Source: a virus
Lineage: Duplodnaviria > Caudoviricetes
DNA length: 64,000 nucleotides
Strand: one strand, 5' to 3'
IMG/VR virus record: IMGVR_UViG_3300028485_000001
Coordinates: 21,360-85,359 of that record
Part shown: positions 35,413-44,599 of the stretch, in pieces
Numbering within the stretch: the stretch's first letter is position 1
How the letters are laid out: every line of letters starts with the position of its first letter
Program-made: the position numbers and the translations under genes
The notes under the pieces: generated by a model
Database searches by the model: none
Told to the model about the DNA's origin: nothing
What the model saw: only the letters and a program-made list of their open reading frames with translations

Positions 35413-36252
35413 CTAGAGGAGGTGGTTCAGGCGCCCGTCAGCGTGCGCCTTCGCGATCTCGTCCGGGGACATGGATTCGAGCTGCTCACGTGTGATCGGC
35501 TTGGAGCCGCCGGGGGAGTTGAACTCGCCGCCGGAACGCTTGGGAGCAGGGGGCTTGGGCGGATCCGCTGGCGCGGGCGCCTTCGCCTTGAAGCGGTCGT
35601 TGGCTTCCACCTGGTCGGTGATGGCCTTGCTCAGCCGGTCGTTGAAGTCCGCGGCGGTGGGGTCCAGCCCCTCTGCGGCGCGCATGAACGAACGGGAGTC
35701 GAGCAGTAGGTCGGCGCGCGCTTCGTGTGCGCCTGCCGCGTGGTACACCGCGAGTTCGACCTGGCCGCGCCGCGCTTCCGCCTGGGAGGCTGCGAGCTTC
35801 CGGGTGAGTTCGTCGGGGTCGGGAGGGGTGTCTTCCTGCTTGAGGCCCAGCGCCTTGGCGATGGCGTCCATCTGTGCCTGCTGGCGCTTCTCGGAGGCGT
35901 CGAGCTTGTCCTCCAGCTCCTTCGCGGTGGTCCGCCTCTCGGCGGCCTCCTCGCGGAGCTTCTTGACGTAGTCCTCACCGAAGGTCTTGGGCTCCGGGCC
36001 CTTGCCCTTCGACTCGGCGTCGCCCTTGGACTCCTGGGGCAGGTGGTCGCCACTGGGAGCCGCCGGGGGCTGAGCGCTGCCGCCGTCTCCGCCCTGTGGA
36101 GTGCCGCCGGGGGCCGGGTCGCCGTCGGGGGCGCTCGGCTTGGGGTCGGGGTTCGGGTCGCCTTCGCCGGATCCACCCGCGATCAGGTGGATCGGTCGGC
36201 CGTCCTTGCGGTAGCCGATGAGGGACCCGGGGGTAGAGGTCGAATGCATCAT
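35413..36252 (-). CDS. Capsid scaffolding protein
   Basis: LIGYRKDGRPI..IAGG, DYVKKLREEAAERR, DLLLDSRSF. Confidence 0.8.
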   Translation of the reverse strand: MMHSTSTPGSLIGYRKDGRPIHLIAGGSGEGDPNPDPKPSAPDGDPAPGGTPQGGDGGSAQPPAAPSGDHLPQESKGDAESKGKGPEPKTFGEDYVKKLREEAAERRTTAKELEDKLDASEKRQQAQMDAIAKALGLKQEDTPPDPDELTRKLAASQAEARRGQVELAVYHAAGAHEARADLLLDSRSFMRAAEGLDPTAADFNDRLSKAITDQVEANDRFKAKAPAPADPPKPPAPKRSGGEFNSPGGSKPITREQLESMSPDEIAKAHADGRLNHLL

Positions 36253-37898
36253 GAGGAGCCCTCCCGGGGCTTCTTGGTGGAATCCGGCTCCTGGCCGGAC
36301 GTGGATCCACCCGCCACCACACGGGGGCGGGAAGTCTGATCGCCGTGTTCCTCGGCATTGGCGGCGTCACCGGACACCATGAGCTGCGCCCACGCGTCGC
36401 CTTGCCGGGCCAGCTCCTGGTCCTCGGCGGACAGGCGCACCAGCTCGGCCTTGACGTCGGTCTCGGACGCGTTCGGGCCCAAGAACATCTGCACCAACGT
36501 CTCCCGCGACGCCATACGCGCATCAGCCATGAGCTTCACGGTCTCCGCGATCTGCCGCGTGTCGCGGGTCGCCGCATCCGGGAACATCACCTGCGGACGC
36601 TGCGGAACGAGCCCCTGCGCGTCGAAGATCTCCACGTCCAGGTGCAGGAGCGCCTCGGAGAGCTGGGCGATGCCGGGCCGCCAGTACAGGACCTTGTCGC
36701 CGCGAGTCGCCAGGGAGCGTTCCTTGCGCGAGTTGATCTCCGTCGCGGTCGCGGGTCCGCCGTCGGCGTCCATGGCCAACGATTCGAGGCTGTACCCGGC
36801 GCTGCGGACGATCTGCTTCGTCAGCGCCTGCGCCGTCGCCTCATGCTCGGCGTACCGGATCGCGAACTGCACCTGCTCGATCCGACCCGAGGTGCCGTCA
36901 TCCACGGGGATGTTCAGCGGCGAGAACAACTCCTGCTCGGAGTTGAATGCCGCGCCCTGGCCGCGGCCCTGCGAGCGCAGATACGACTGCGGAACCACCA
37001 GGCGGGCCTTGCCCAAGCGGATGTCGCGCATCCACGACGACCACGTCTCATCAAGGGCATCCAGCTCCCCCTCACACCCGGCGATGTCCGCCCGGCCAAG
37101 ATTCGCGGCCTGCGGCAGATGCCTCCACACCCGGTTCGGGCGCATGTTCGGGATGTACGCCGCCGTCAACGGCACCGCGCCGGACAAGGCGACGTGGTCG
37201 CCGTCCGTCAGCAGATCAGCGAGCGCTCGGGTGTCGTCCACCTCCGTCAGCGGGACCGTCATACCGAGGTCGTCACGGGTCCCACGGTGCAGACTGTGGC
37301 GGATGAAACCCCGCTCGTGGCGCTCCAGATGGCGGAACACCGTCCCCTGGTCCTCCACGACCACCCGGTGGAACGTCACCGCACGCAGACGGTCATACGA
37401 CCACTCCGGGATCGCGGCATCGGCGTGCACAGCGGCGATCCACGGCCGGTCAGCCACATCCTCATCCCACACCGTGCGCAGGAACACCCCACCGAGGGCG
37501 CCACCGAGCTCCGCACCCTCGCGCAGGCCGGCGAGCATCGAGTCGTCCATGTACTCGGCCAGGCGCTCATCCGTGGCCTTGTGGCCGGTGGTGATCCGCG
37601 GCGGCGACGAGAACAGCAAGGACGCGCCGACGCCGGCGATGTCAGAGGCGAGGGGGATGTGCAGGCGTGCGGGCCGCTGCTCAGCGGGAGTGTCCGTGCC
37701 CCAGAACCACCGGTAGATCGAGTGCGCGATCCTGCCGCGGCCGGGGTTGTGGTTGTCGGAGAACCCGGGGGAGCGCCCGTGCGCGCCCCCGTACACGGCG
37801 GCGAGGTCGTCGGGGTCACCGGAGTACCAGGCAGACCAGATGGCCTGCCGGTCGAGGATGGGACGCAGGTTCTCCGGGGGCCACTGGGTGACGGACAC
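36249..37898 (-). CDS. Portal protein (SPP1 gp6-like)
   Basis: 549 aa after the terminase; WSAWYSGD, LHIPLASDIA, LDETWSSWMRDIRLGK. Confidence 0.88.
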   Translation of the reverse strand: MSVTQWPPENLRPILDRQAIWSAWYSGDPDDLAAVYGGAHGRSPGFSDNHNPGRGRIAHSIYRWFWGTDTPAEQRPARLHIPLASDIAGVGASLLFSSPPRITTGHKATDERLAEYMDDSMLAGLREGAELGGALGGVFLRTVWDEDVADRPWIAAVHADAAIPEWSYDRLRAVTFHRVVVEDQGTVFRHLERHERGFIRHSLHRGTRDDLGMTVPLTEVDDTRALADLLTDGDHVALSGAVPLTAAYIPNMRPNRVWRHLPQAANLGRADIAGCEGELDALDETWSSWMRDIRLGKARLVVPQSYLRSQGRGQGAAFNSEQELFSPLNIPVDDGTSGRIEQVQFAIRYAEHEATAQALTKQIVRSAGYSLESLAMDADGGPATATEINSRKERSLATRGDKVLYWRPGIAQLSEALLHLDVEIFDAQGLVPQRPQVMFPDAATRDTRQIAETVKLMADARMASRETLVQMFLGPNASETDVKAELVRLSAEDQELARQGDAWAQLMVSGDAANAEEHGDQTSRPRVVAGGSTSGQEPDSTKKPREGSS

Positions 37899-38016
37899 GA
37901 AACCCCCTCAGTTCACGGTGTGTAGTTGTATGAGCAGGGACGACAGAACACCGCAGTCGGTGATGGTCACGGAACGCAAACAAGGCGGGGTGGTGGCCCC
38001 GCCTTGCTCGAATGCT

Positions 38017-40275
38017 TCAGATGGTCAGGTCATGGACGGGATCACGCAGGTCCCACCGCCACTCGTGATACGTCGTCTTGATCCCGTAACGGAGGGAATC
38101 GCAGTTGTGGACGAGCACTCCGCTCGCGAAATACTCCGGGCAGTCAGCGACCGTGATGTTCCAAACGGGATGACGCCCTGGCACTTCGGTCACGGCGAGC
38201 ACACGAACGCCCGCAATACCGAGTTCGGCTGTACTTGTTGGCATGGAACGTGTCCCCGCAGAAACCGCACTCCCGAGGGACGTCATCGACACCAGAGGCT
38301 CGGCGCCACGCTGATTTGCAGGCGTTCGAGCAGAACCGATCCTCCGGGCCTCGGGATCGGGTGCTGTAGTTCGTTGAACACTGGTCGCAGGTCTTGGTGA
38401 TGGCCTCGCGGCCTTCCCAAGTCCGCTTCCCGTGTTCGGAGTGCCATGCCCGTCCGGCGTCAGAACGGTGCCACGCGGAGGCCAGTGGTCGAACGCTGTC
38501 CAAGTGGGCGAGCCGCCACGGGGTTCGGTAGTCGGTGAGCCTGGCGTGGTGTGCCAGGTGTTCGTCTGCGGTGATGCACACGAGGTTGCCCGGGGCGTTG
38601 TTGTTGTGGTCTCCGTCGGAGTGGTGGATGTGATGGCCCTCAGGAATGGATTTCCCGTGAGTGTGCATCCAGATCTCTTCGTGGAGACGCTTGACGCCTC
38701 GCTGGCGGTCTCCGATTCCGGGCGTGTAGTAACGCTGCTCGGAAAGGCCCTTGGCGTCTGGGTATCGGCGGAACTTGACTCCGTTGAAAACGATGACTTC
38801 GACACGCTTTCCCATGCCACCATTTTATCCGCGTACCGGAGTGAATCCAGACGAATCCACCCTTCCCCGTCAACCCAGACAGGATGATTCCCGGTCCCGA
38901 TGAACTCCCGCCCATTCGACAGCTCAACCCGTAAAACCTTCGCTGAGGCGCTAGAAAGCCCGGAATCGTCCACGGCCTTCCAGCCATCCCGAGTCAGCAC
39001 CCGGTCGCCAGGGCGAACGTCCTCGATGGGACGCTCTCCGCCTTCAGTCAAGACCGGAGTCCCAGCGACGAAGCAGGCATGGTCAGCTTCCTTGACCGGG
39101 GCGTCCTCGCCCTTCGCCGTGGCCTTCTCGTCCCACGAGTACGACGGCATCTCATCGATCAGGTGCGTGCACGAGGCGTGGATCTTCAACTGGCCACCAG
39201 CGAGCAACGACGACACCAGCCGGATCCCATCCGCGACGCTGTTGTCCCCCTTGCGAGGATCCAGGCCGTCATCGTGGAGCTGCGTCCACATCGACGCCGC
39301 GGACGGGTCGATGACCGTCCACTCGGGATGCACACCCACGCCCCCCGTGCCCGGGACAGGCACGTTGCCGAGCCACTCCCGCAGGTACTCCGAGTACAGG
39401 ACGTCGGTCAACTGGCGCTTCTTCGCCCGCGCGTCCCAACGCCACTCCGACGTGGCGTAAAGGATCCCGTCCGAGCCGAGGCCGAGCAGGGTCGCGTGGA
39501 AAGGATTCACGGTGCCGTAGTCAATTCCCAAGGCCACCCAACGGCGGATCACCGGCAGGTCCGACACGATGTGCCAGTCCGGATCCCACACGTCGAACAC
39601 GCTGCCTTCGCCAGCGATCCATTCCCCGGAAATAAAACGGCGATGCCAAAGACCCACATACTGGGCTTTCAGCCGCTCAGCGAACCCCTCCGGCAACCCC
39701 GGATTGTCGTCCAGGGTGAAATGCCAGTGCCGCATCCCGATTTCGTCGGCGCGCAGTAGGTAGTCGCGGCGCAGCCAGTGTGCCGGAGCATCCGGGTTTG
39801 TCGTGGCCAGGAGCTTCGCGCCCTCGACGCGCAGCCGGGACAGCATCATCGCCCAGAACCCCTGCGGGAGCAGAGTCGCCTCGTCGGCGTAGGCCAGGCA
39901 GATCGTCGACCCGCGAATCCGACCCTCGGAGCGGGCGTCGTTCGCACCCACCAGGTGCACCGTCCGCCCCAAGATCGACGCCGTCGTGCTGCCCTTGGTG
40001 TGGTGGATGTGCTTGGTCAGGTCACCGAACAGCCGCTCATCCTGCAACACGTCGATCAAGTTCCGCTCGATCGTCTGCAACGTGCGGCCGCACATGACGA
40101 TCAGGCCAGTACGAGGAGCGCGCGCCACCAGGATGAGAAACGCCAACAGCGACGCGACGGTCTTGCCCGACGCGACCGCACCTGACCACAACGCGATCTG
40201 AGGAGTCTCCAGAGCACCAGCGATCGACCGAACTTGGATCGGCGACATAACCGGAGAGAGCCGAGACAGATCCAC
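38017..40275 (-). CDS. terL: Terminase large subunit precursor containing an intein (428 aa after splicing)
   Basis: Walker A GAVASGKT, Walker B AYADEA, TTNP, GIDYG; splicing restores DHACDSLRY. Confidence 0.92.
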   Translation of the reverse strand: MDLSRLSPVMSPIQVRSIAGALETPQIALWSGAVASGKTVASLLAFLILVARAPRTGLIVMCGRTLQTIERNLIDVLQDERLFGDLTKHIHHTKGSTTASILGRTVHLVGANDARSEGRIRGSTICLAYADEATLLPQGFWAMMLSRLRVEGAKLLATTNPDAPAHWLRRDYLLRADEIGMRHWHFTLDDNPGLPEGFAERLKAQYVGLWHRRFISGEWIAGEGSVFDVWDPDWHIVSDLPVIRRWVALGIDYGTVNPFHATLLGLGSDGILYATSEWRWDARAKKRQLTDVLYSEYLREWLGNVPVPGTGGVGVHPEWTVIDPSAASMWTQLHDDGLDPRKGDNSVADGIRLVSSLLAGGQLKIHASCTHLIDEMPSYSWDEKATAKGEDAPVKEADHACFVAGTPVLTEGGERPIEDVRPGDRVLTRDGWKAVDDSGLSSASAKVLRVELSNGREFIGTGNHPVWVDGEGWIRLDSLRYADKMVAWESVSKSSFSTESSSADTQTPRAFPSSVTTRPESETASEASSVSTKRSGCTLTGNPFLRAITSTTPTETTTTTPRATSCASPQTNTWHTTPGSPTTEPRGGSPTWTAFDHWPPRGTVLTPDGHGTPNTGSGLGKAARPSPRPATSVQRTTAPDPEARRIGSARTPANQRGAEPLVSMTSLGSAVSAGTRSMPTSTAELGIAGVRVLAVTEVPGRHPVWNITVADCPEYFASGVLVHNCDSLRYGIKTTYHEWRWDLRDPVHDLTI
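38104..39075 (-). mobile_element. Class-1 intein, 324 aa, in TerL
   Basis: C1 CFVAGTPV at residue 401, block B TGNHPVW, block F/G VWNITV...GVLVHN ending at 724, +1 Cys. Confidence 0.9.
38144..38815 (-). CDS. HNH homing endonuclease nested out of frame inside the intein
   Basis: RLHEEIW...IPEGHHIHHSDGDHNNNAPGNL...EHLAHH; two CxxC...CSxxC zinc repeats; TAAAAT-N6-ATG. Confidence 0.85.
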   Translation of the reverse strand: MGKRVEVIVFNGVKFRRYPDAKGLSEQRYYTPGIGDRQRGVKRLHEEIWMHTHGKSIPEGHHIHHSDGDHNNNAPGNLVCITADEHLAHHARLTDYRTPWRLAHLDSVRPLASAWHRSDAGRAWHSEHGKRTWEGREAITKTCDQCSTNYSTRSRGPEDRFCSNACKSAWRRASGVDDVPRECGFCGDTFHANKYSRTRYCGRSCARRDRSARASSRLEHHGR

Positions 40276-40296
40276 CCGCCCACCCCCTCCCCGCGG

Positions 40297-40824
40297 TCAT
40301 CCGTCGGACGGGGCGGACTCGACACCGTCCAAGGTCTGCGCGGCTTCGGAGAACACCGAACCGAGCCGGTCGAGCATGGACGCCGCATCCGAGGACGCCC
40401 CAGTAGTGTCGACCGCCGCGATCTTCAGATGCTTGTCGAGGGCCACCGCCGACGCGGTCATCAGGTTGCGGAGGTCACCCGTCGGCGCCCGTTCGAGCAC
40501 GGCCTCGTTGTAGGTGTTCTCTTTGCCGCCGAACGAGAAGACGAGGTGCGGGTCGTCCATCTGGTCCAAGAGCTGATGGGCTTTGCGGAGGTACTTCTCG
40601 GAGACCTCAGCTCGCAACGCGGCGAGGTCGGCCTGACGCGCACGCGTGGCCTTTTCAGTACCCTCGCGCGACCATGCGTCGGTGATGCCGTTCTCCTTGG
40701 CGACCTTGCGGACCATGTTGTCGCTGACGTCGTGCCGCGCGGCTATGGCTCGTGTAGACCCGACTTTGGCTTGGATGTCAGCGAGGATCGCGGCGCGCTT
40801 CTCATCACTGATCCGTCTGACCAC
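40297..40824 (-). CDS. terS: Terminase small subunit (putative)
   Basis: N-terminal HTH (STRAIAARHDVSDNMVRKVA); directly upstream of terL. Confidence 0.7.
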   Translation of the reverse strand: MVRRISDEKRAAILADIQAKVGSTRAIAARHDVSDNMVRKVAKENGITDAWSREGTEKATRARQADLAALRAEVSEKYLRKAHQLLDQMDDPHLVFSFGGKENTYNEAVLERAPTGDLRNLMTASAVALDKHLKIAAVDTTGASSDAASMLDRLGSVFSEAAQTLDGVESAPSDG

Positions 40825-40912
40825 AATCCGCTCACCTCCTGCCGTACCGTCTCGCCCTGGTGCACACTGGTGTCCCGTCGCCCGCTCCGACGCCCCCTAC
40901 CGGAGGTGTGTC

Positions 40913-41311
40913 GTGAGGTCGTTGGTGTGTGCTGCTGTTGTCGCGTTGGTCGTGTCGGGCTGCTCGGGTGGCGTCCCCGTGGAGGAACCGTCTCCGTCCC
41001 CGTCTGAGGCTGTCGTGGAGTCCCCGACAGCGTCCCCGTCGGTGGAGGTGGACCCGCAGTCCGCGAAGTGGATCTGTGAGGATCTGCGGATGCGGGACGT
41101 CTACCTGCAAGCCGATGACCTTGCCCCGCATGAGGAGGGGTCGGCCTACGTCGCAACGGTAGACGCATGGCTGGGGGCCCTGGAGGAGGACGCGGAACCG
41201 GCGTTGCGGGAGATCGCGGAGGCGGCGGTTGATGCTGAGGGTGCGGCGGAGGAGATGATCGCGTGGTGTCAGGAGAACACTGAGCCGATCAATCCGACGT
41301 CGCCGTGGTGA
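40913..41311 (+). CDS. Lipoprotein (moron)
   Basis: GGAGG RBS; lipobox VSGC; Pro/Ser linker; opposite strand to neighbours. Confidence 0.7.
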   Translation: MRSLVCAAVVALVVSGCSGGVPVEEPSPSPSEAVVESPTASPSVEVDPQSAKWICEDLRMRDVYLQADDLAPHEEGSAYVATVDAWLGALEEDAEPALREIAEAAVDAEGAAEEMIAWCQENTEPINPTSPW

Positions 41312-41363
41312 GTCGCCCGGCCGCGCGCTACCCCCTGTGGCGGCGGCCGGGACGTGTGTGGGG

Positions 41364-41534
41364 TCAGATGTGGGCGTCCTGGTAGAGGCTGGCGAGGTTG
41401 ATCCACGTCTGCGCGACCTCGTTGTACTGGGACATCTTCGCGAGGTCGGTCTCACCCTCGGCGTACTGGAGGAGGCGGGCGGCGTTGGCCATGCATCCCT
41501 CGTAGGTGGGTAGCTGAGCCTGCGGGTCTGCCAT
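41364..41534 (-). CDS. Small hypothetical protein
   Basis: GGAG RBS; MADPQAQLPTYEGCMANA...; absent from the ORF track. Confidence 0.55.
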   Translation of the reverse strand: MADPQAQLPTYEGCMANAARLLQYAEGETDLAKMSQYNEVAQTWINLASLYQDAHI

Positions 41535-41536
41535 GC

Positions 41537-41731
41537 TCACTCCTCCACGCTGGGGTTCTCGATCTCGTCGGCGATCGCGCGCAACGCCCCGACGAGCGTG
41601 GCGTTGTACTCGTCCGGGGTGTCGGCGGTGAACTCGACTGCGACGTCCGGGCTGTTGTCCCCGAGCTGGAGGAGGACGCGTCCGGGCGCCTGCGGGTCAT
41701 CGGTCGTGGGGACGTGCGCGCCGTGCTTCAT
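41537..41731 (-). CDS. Hypothetical protein
   Basis: ATGA overlap with upstream gene. Confidence 0.5.
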   Translation of the reverse strand: MKHGAHVPTTDDPQAPGRVLLQLGDNSPDVAVEFTADTPDEYNATLVGALRAIADEIENPSVEE

Positions 41732-42198
41732 CCCCGACCGCCGATCGTGAAGCGCTTCGCGTCCTTGGCCGGGTTGACCATGTCTGGGTCGATCCGCTGG
41801 CGGATGTGCATCTTGGACGTCTCGCCCTTGTTCTCTCGCGGGGCGCGCGGGTGCTTGGGCCAGTCCTGCCCGTCAGCGCACGGCCAGCAGAAGAGCTGAT
41901 CGAGGTAGTTCTCGTAGGACACCCGGGTGGACCCGCAGTCGACACAGCGGTCGGTGCGTCCCTTGTCGCCCGGGGCGGGCACGTCGGGCTCTTCGGGTAT
42001 CCCCGCGCCGATCGTGAGCCGTCGCGGATAGATCGTGAGCGTCACCTTGAGCGGGTCGCCATCCGCGAGCGGGTGGATAGTGGGCGCTTCGGCCAGGAGG
42101 ACTGGGAGGCCGTTGACGGTGGCAGCCCTGACTATGACCATGTTGGAGTCGTGGGGGACCTCTTCGTAGAGCTCAACCACGCCTTCGTTTCTGTTCAT
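41728..42198 (-). CDS. Hypothetical protein with CxxC ribbon
   Basis: RCVDCGS...FCWPC. Confidence 0.55.
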   Translation of the reverse strand: MNRNEGVVELYEEVPHDSNMVIVRAATVNGLPVLLAEAPTIHPLADGDPLKVTLTIYPRRLTIGAGIPEEPDVPAPGDKGRTDRCVDCGSTRVSYENYLDQLFCWPCADGQDWPKHPRAPRENKGETSKMHIRQRIDPDMVNPAKDAKRFTIGGRG

Positions 42199-42314
42199 GC
42201 TGTCTCCCGAGGGCGTGAGGGCTGAGCCCCGACTGTCCCGCCCTCACAGGACAGCCGGGACGTGTGTGTCCGGTCCGGGCCTCTTCGGCTATGTGGTGTG
42301 CCCGGCCGGACGGT

Positions 42315-42665
42315 CTAAGGGGTCGAGCGCGCGAGCGTCAGCGCGTCGGCAAGTGGCACGTTCACCCACTCAGGGGTGAGCGTCACCGGATTGTCGCCCC
42401 GCCAGTCGATCTCGATGCCGTCCACGAAGATCGCACGGATCGGGTTGTGGCTGGTCTCGATGTCGATCAGGTCGATCCTGTGATGCTTCCGCAGCTCAGG
42501 CAGCAGGTACTTGCGGACGAGCGCCGCGAGGGGGAAGTCCACGCCCTGGTCGTCGATGCCGTGTTCTTCGAGGTAGTCCAGCCACTCGTCAGGGGTGGCG
42601 CCGTCACCGAAGCCCCACTTGGAGAGCAGGCCGTCCGAGAACAGGGTGATGGTCGGTTCGGCCAT
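42315..42665 (-). CDS. Hypothetical protein
   Basis: MAEPTITLFSDGLLSKWGFGDG... Confidence 0.6.
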   Translation of the reverse strand: MAEPTITLFSDGLLSKWGFGDGATPDEWLDYLEEHGIDDQGVDFPLAALVRKYLLPELRKHHRIDLIDIETSHNPIRAIFVDGIEIDWRGDNPVTLTPEWVNVPLADALTLARSTP

Positions 42666-42667
42666 GC

Positions 42668-43117
42668 TCACACCCGCGCTTTCCCGCACGCGGTCCACCA
42701 CTTGAGCCGCGCTGTGAGATCAGCATCAGCGGGAGGAGCGACGCGCGCCGCCGTGTCGATGGCCGCGTCCAGACTGCCGCCACGAGAGTGGATGGCGCCG
42801 TCGATGATGACGAGAACGTCCCGCCAGTCGCGATTCGGATTCTGGATGCGCACCACGGCACCATCCGAGCGCGCGTTCCACCGGTACTCGGTCGCGAGCC
42901 CCATGATGGCCTGATTGCGCTCGTGGACCCGGCCCATGCGCTCGATGACACCCCGGTAGTGCTCGCGTTCCTGTACGACGGACGTCACGTATGCCTCAGC
43001 GATGCCGAGGAGAGAGTCCACGGTGGTGTCGGTCGCGTCGTCCCCGAGGACGTCGGCGACCCGCTTCCGGAACACCCGGTCGCGGATGGCGTTGAGGGTG
43101 TCCTGGTTGTCGGGCAC
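42668..43117 (-). CDS. Hypothetical protein
   Basis: AGGAGG RBS, GTG start. Confidence 0.55.
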   Translation of the reverse strand: MPDNQDTLNAIRDRVFRKRVADVLGDDATDTTVDSLLGIAEAYVTSVVQEREHYRGVIERMGRVHERNQAIMGLATEYRWNARSDGAVVRIQNPNRDWRDVLVIIDGAIHSRGGSLDAAIDTAARVAPPADADLTARLKWWTACGKARV

Positions 43118-43139
43118 GGTGCCTCCTGAGGGTGGGCAC

Positions 43140-43174
43140 GAAAAAGCCCGGGAGCGTGTTCGCTCTCCGGGCTC
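43140..43174 (-). terminator. Intrinsic terminator
   Basis: - strand GAGCCCGGAGAGCG-AACA-CGCTCCCGGGCTTTTTC. Confidence 0.75.
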
Positions 43175-43205
43175 ATGATCCGATGGGTTTTTCAACCCTA
43201 TAGAG

Positions 43206-43234
43206 ATCATACGGCCATTTTCAGTTGTGCGCAA
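43206..43234 (-). promoter_or_regulatory. Strong sigma70/HrdB-type promoter, candidate late promoter
   Basis: TTGCGC-N17-TATGAT on the - strand. Confidence 0.7.
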
Positions 43235-43254
43235 CTAGGATGCGTTTGCCCAGT

Positions 43255-43635
43255 TCAACGCTCATCCCCCTCTCCCTGCCTGATCAGCACGCCCCACCCG
43301 CCGTCGTTGATCTCGCACTCCAACCCGTACAGCGTGTGGCCCTCGCTGATGCGCGCCTCCCCGACGACGACCCGCCTCTTGTCGTGGACCTTCAACGACT
43401 CCACCCACGAGTACCCGGCTGCGTCCACACCCCGCGCCTGAAGCGCACCGACGACCCACAGCCCCACCGGGTGCCACCGGGCGCTGTCCCGCCACCCGAC
43501 AATCCCGTCCGCCTTGATCAGCCCCGCGAGCTGCGCCGTGGTCAACCAACCCACCTCTCCGACGATGCTGTCGAGCGCGGCGTTCACATCCGCCCGCCCC
43601 AACCGTGGGCGCGGCGGCGCGATAGTCTCGATCAT
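43255..43635 (-). CDS. Hypothetical protein directly upstream of the candidate late promoter
   Basis: AAGAAGG RBS; 126 aa. Confidence 0.55.
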   Translation of the reverse strand: MIETIAPPRPRLGRADVNAALDSIVGEVGWLTTAQLAGLIKADGIVGWRDSARWHPVGLWVVGALQARGVDAAGYSWVESLKVHDKRRVVVGEARISEGHTLYGLECEINDGGWGVLIRQGEGDER

Positions 43636-43708
43636 GGATCCTTCTTCCTAGCCGGTTGCAGGTCCTAGGCCCGGCCGGAGGTGGTGCTCCGGCCGGGCCG
43701 ACTTCGTG

Positions 43709-44092
43709 TCAGGCGACGCGGTTCGCGATGTCGAGCAGCACATCGGCGTGACACGGGGCATCCTCAGCGCACCAGCACATGAGGGTCCGGCCAGCGAGCC
43801 CGTCACGGGCGCGGTTCGTGAGGTCTGCGTTGACCTCCAGCCACGCGCGGTACAGGTCCACCGCGACCTTGTGCGCTGCCTCACGAGTGGGGTGAGTGGT
43901 GGGCTTGATCTCCCAGCCGCCGCGCCAGTCCCGGGCGACTTCCCAGCCGCGCTCGGCTTCGATGGCGACCCAGGGGCTGCCCCAGCGGGTGTTGCGTCCG
44001 ACGTAGACCGGGCGACGGCCCTGAGGATCGAGGGGGGCGGTCCATCCTGCGATGCGACGACGCTGGATGCGCCGGGGCGCGCTGACAGTCAT
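43709..44092 (-). CDS. DUF4326-family protein
   Basis: RRIQRRRIAGW, VYVGRNTRWGSPW, LAGRTLMCWC...CHADVLL.IAN. Confidence 0.8.
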   Translation of the reverse strand: MTVSAPRRIQRRRIAGWTAPLDPQGRRPVYVGRNTRWGSPWVAIEAERGWEVARDWRGGWEIKPTTHPTREAAHKVAVDLYRAWLEVNADLTNRARDGLAGRTLMCWCAEDAPCHADVLLDIANRVA

Positions 44093-44109
44093 CCTGTTCT
44101 CCTTCGTGG

Positions 44110-44418
44110 TCATGCGCTTGCGTGCCCCCGGGTCGTCTTCGTGTCAGTCCGTCCCGGCAGGGGGACGTCGGTGGTGCTGCCCGCCGGGGCCTGCACGCCC
44201 AGGTACGCGTGCTCGGGGCAGTAGTCGCCCCTCGGGCTGGACGCCCATCTGGCGGTGCGGGCGGCTGCGAACGCGTCGGGGTTGGTGTTGAGGGTCAGCA
44301 GCAGCGCGCCGTGCTCGGACTCGCGCTGGGTGGCCTTGTGGATCTCTGGCACGACGATGGCCAGACAGGCCGGGGCGTCGCACTCCAGCACCCACGCGGT
44401 GGCACGGCGGAGACTCAT
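44110..44418 (-). CDS. Zn-finger hypothetical protein
   Basis: LECDAPAC...DYCPEH. Confidence 0.5.
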   Translation of the reverse strand: MSLRRATAWVLECDAPACLAIVVPEIHKATQRESEHGALLLTLNTNPDAFAAARTARWASSPRGDYCPEHAYLGVQAPAGSTTDVPLPGRTDTKTTRGHASA

Positions 44419-44582
44419 CGGATCTCCTCGGGGTAGGCCTTGAGGCTGTCCAGCAGCTCGATGCGCTCGTCACGGTCGGCCATGCCCTCGTCCTCAACGA
44501 GGACCTTGTGGGCAGTGATGGCCGTCGCGGGCTCACCGTCGATGTAGAAACGTCGTCCGTCGGACGTGATGTGCCTGGCCAT
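44415..44582 (-). CDS. Hypothetical protein
   Basis: AAGGAG RBS. Confidence 0.5.
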   Translation of the reverse strand: MARHITSDGRRFYIDGEPATAITAHKVLVEDEGMADRDERIELLDSLKAYPEEIR

Positions 44583-44599
44583 GTCGTTCTCCTTGCTGG

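Noticed and set aside
22543-37925. Long plus-strand ORFs antisense to structural genes (e.g. 22543..24180, 26716..28029, 36345..37925)
   Set aside because: Typical high-GC shadow ORFs with no RBS or recognisable motifs.
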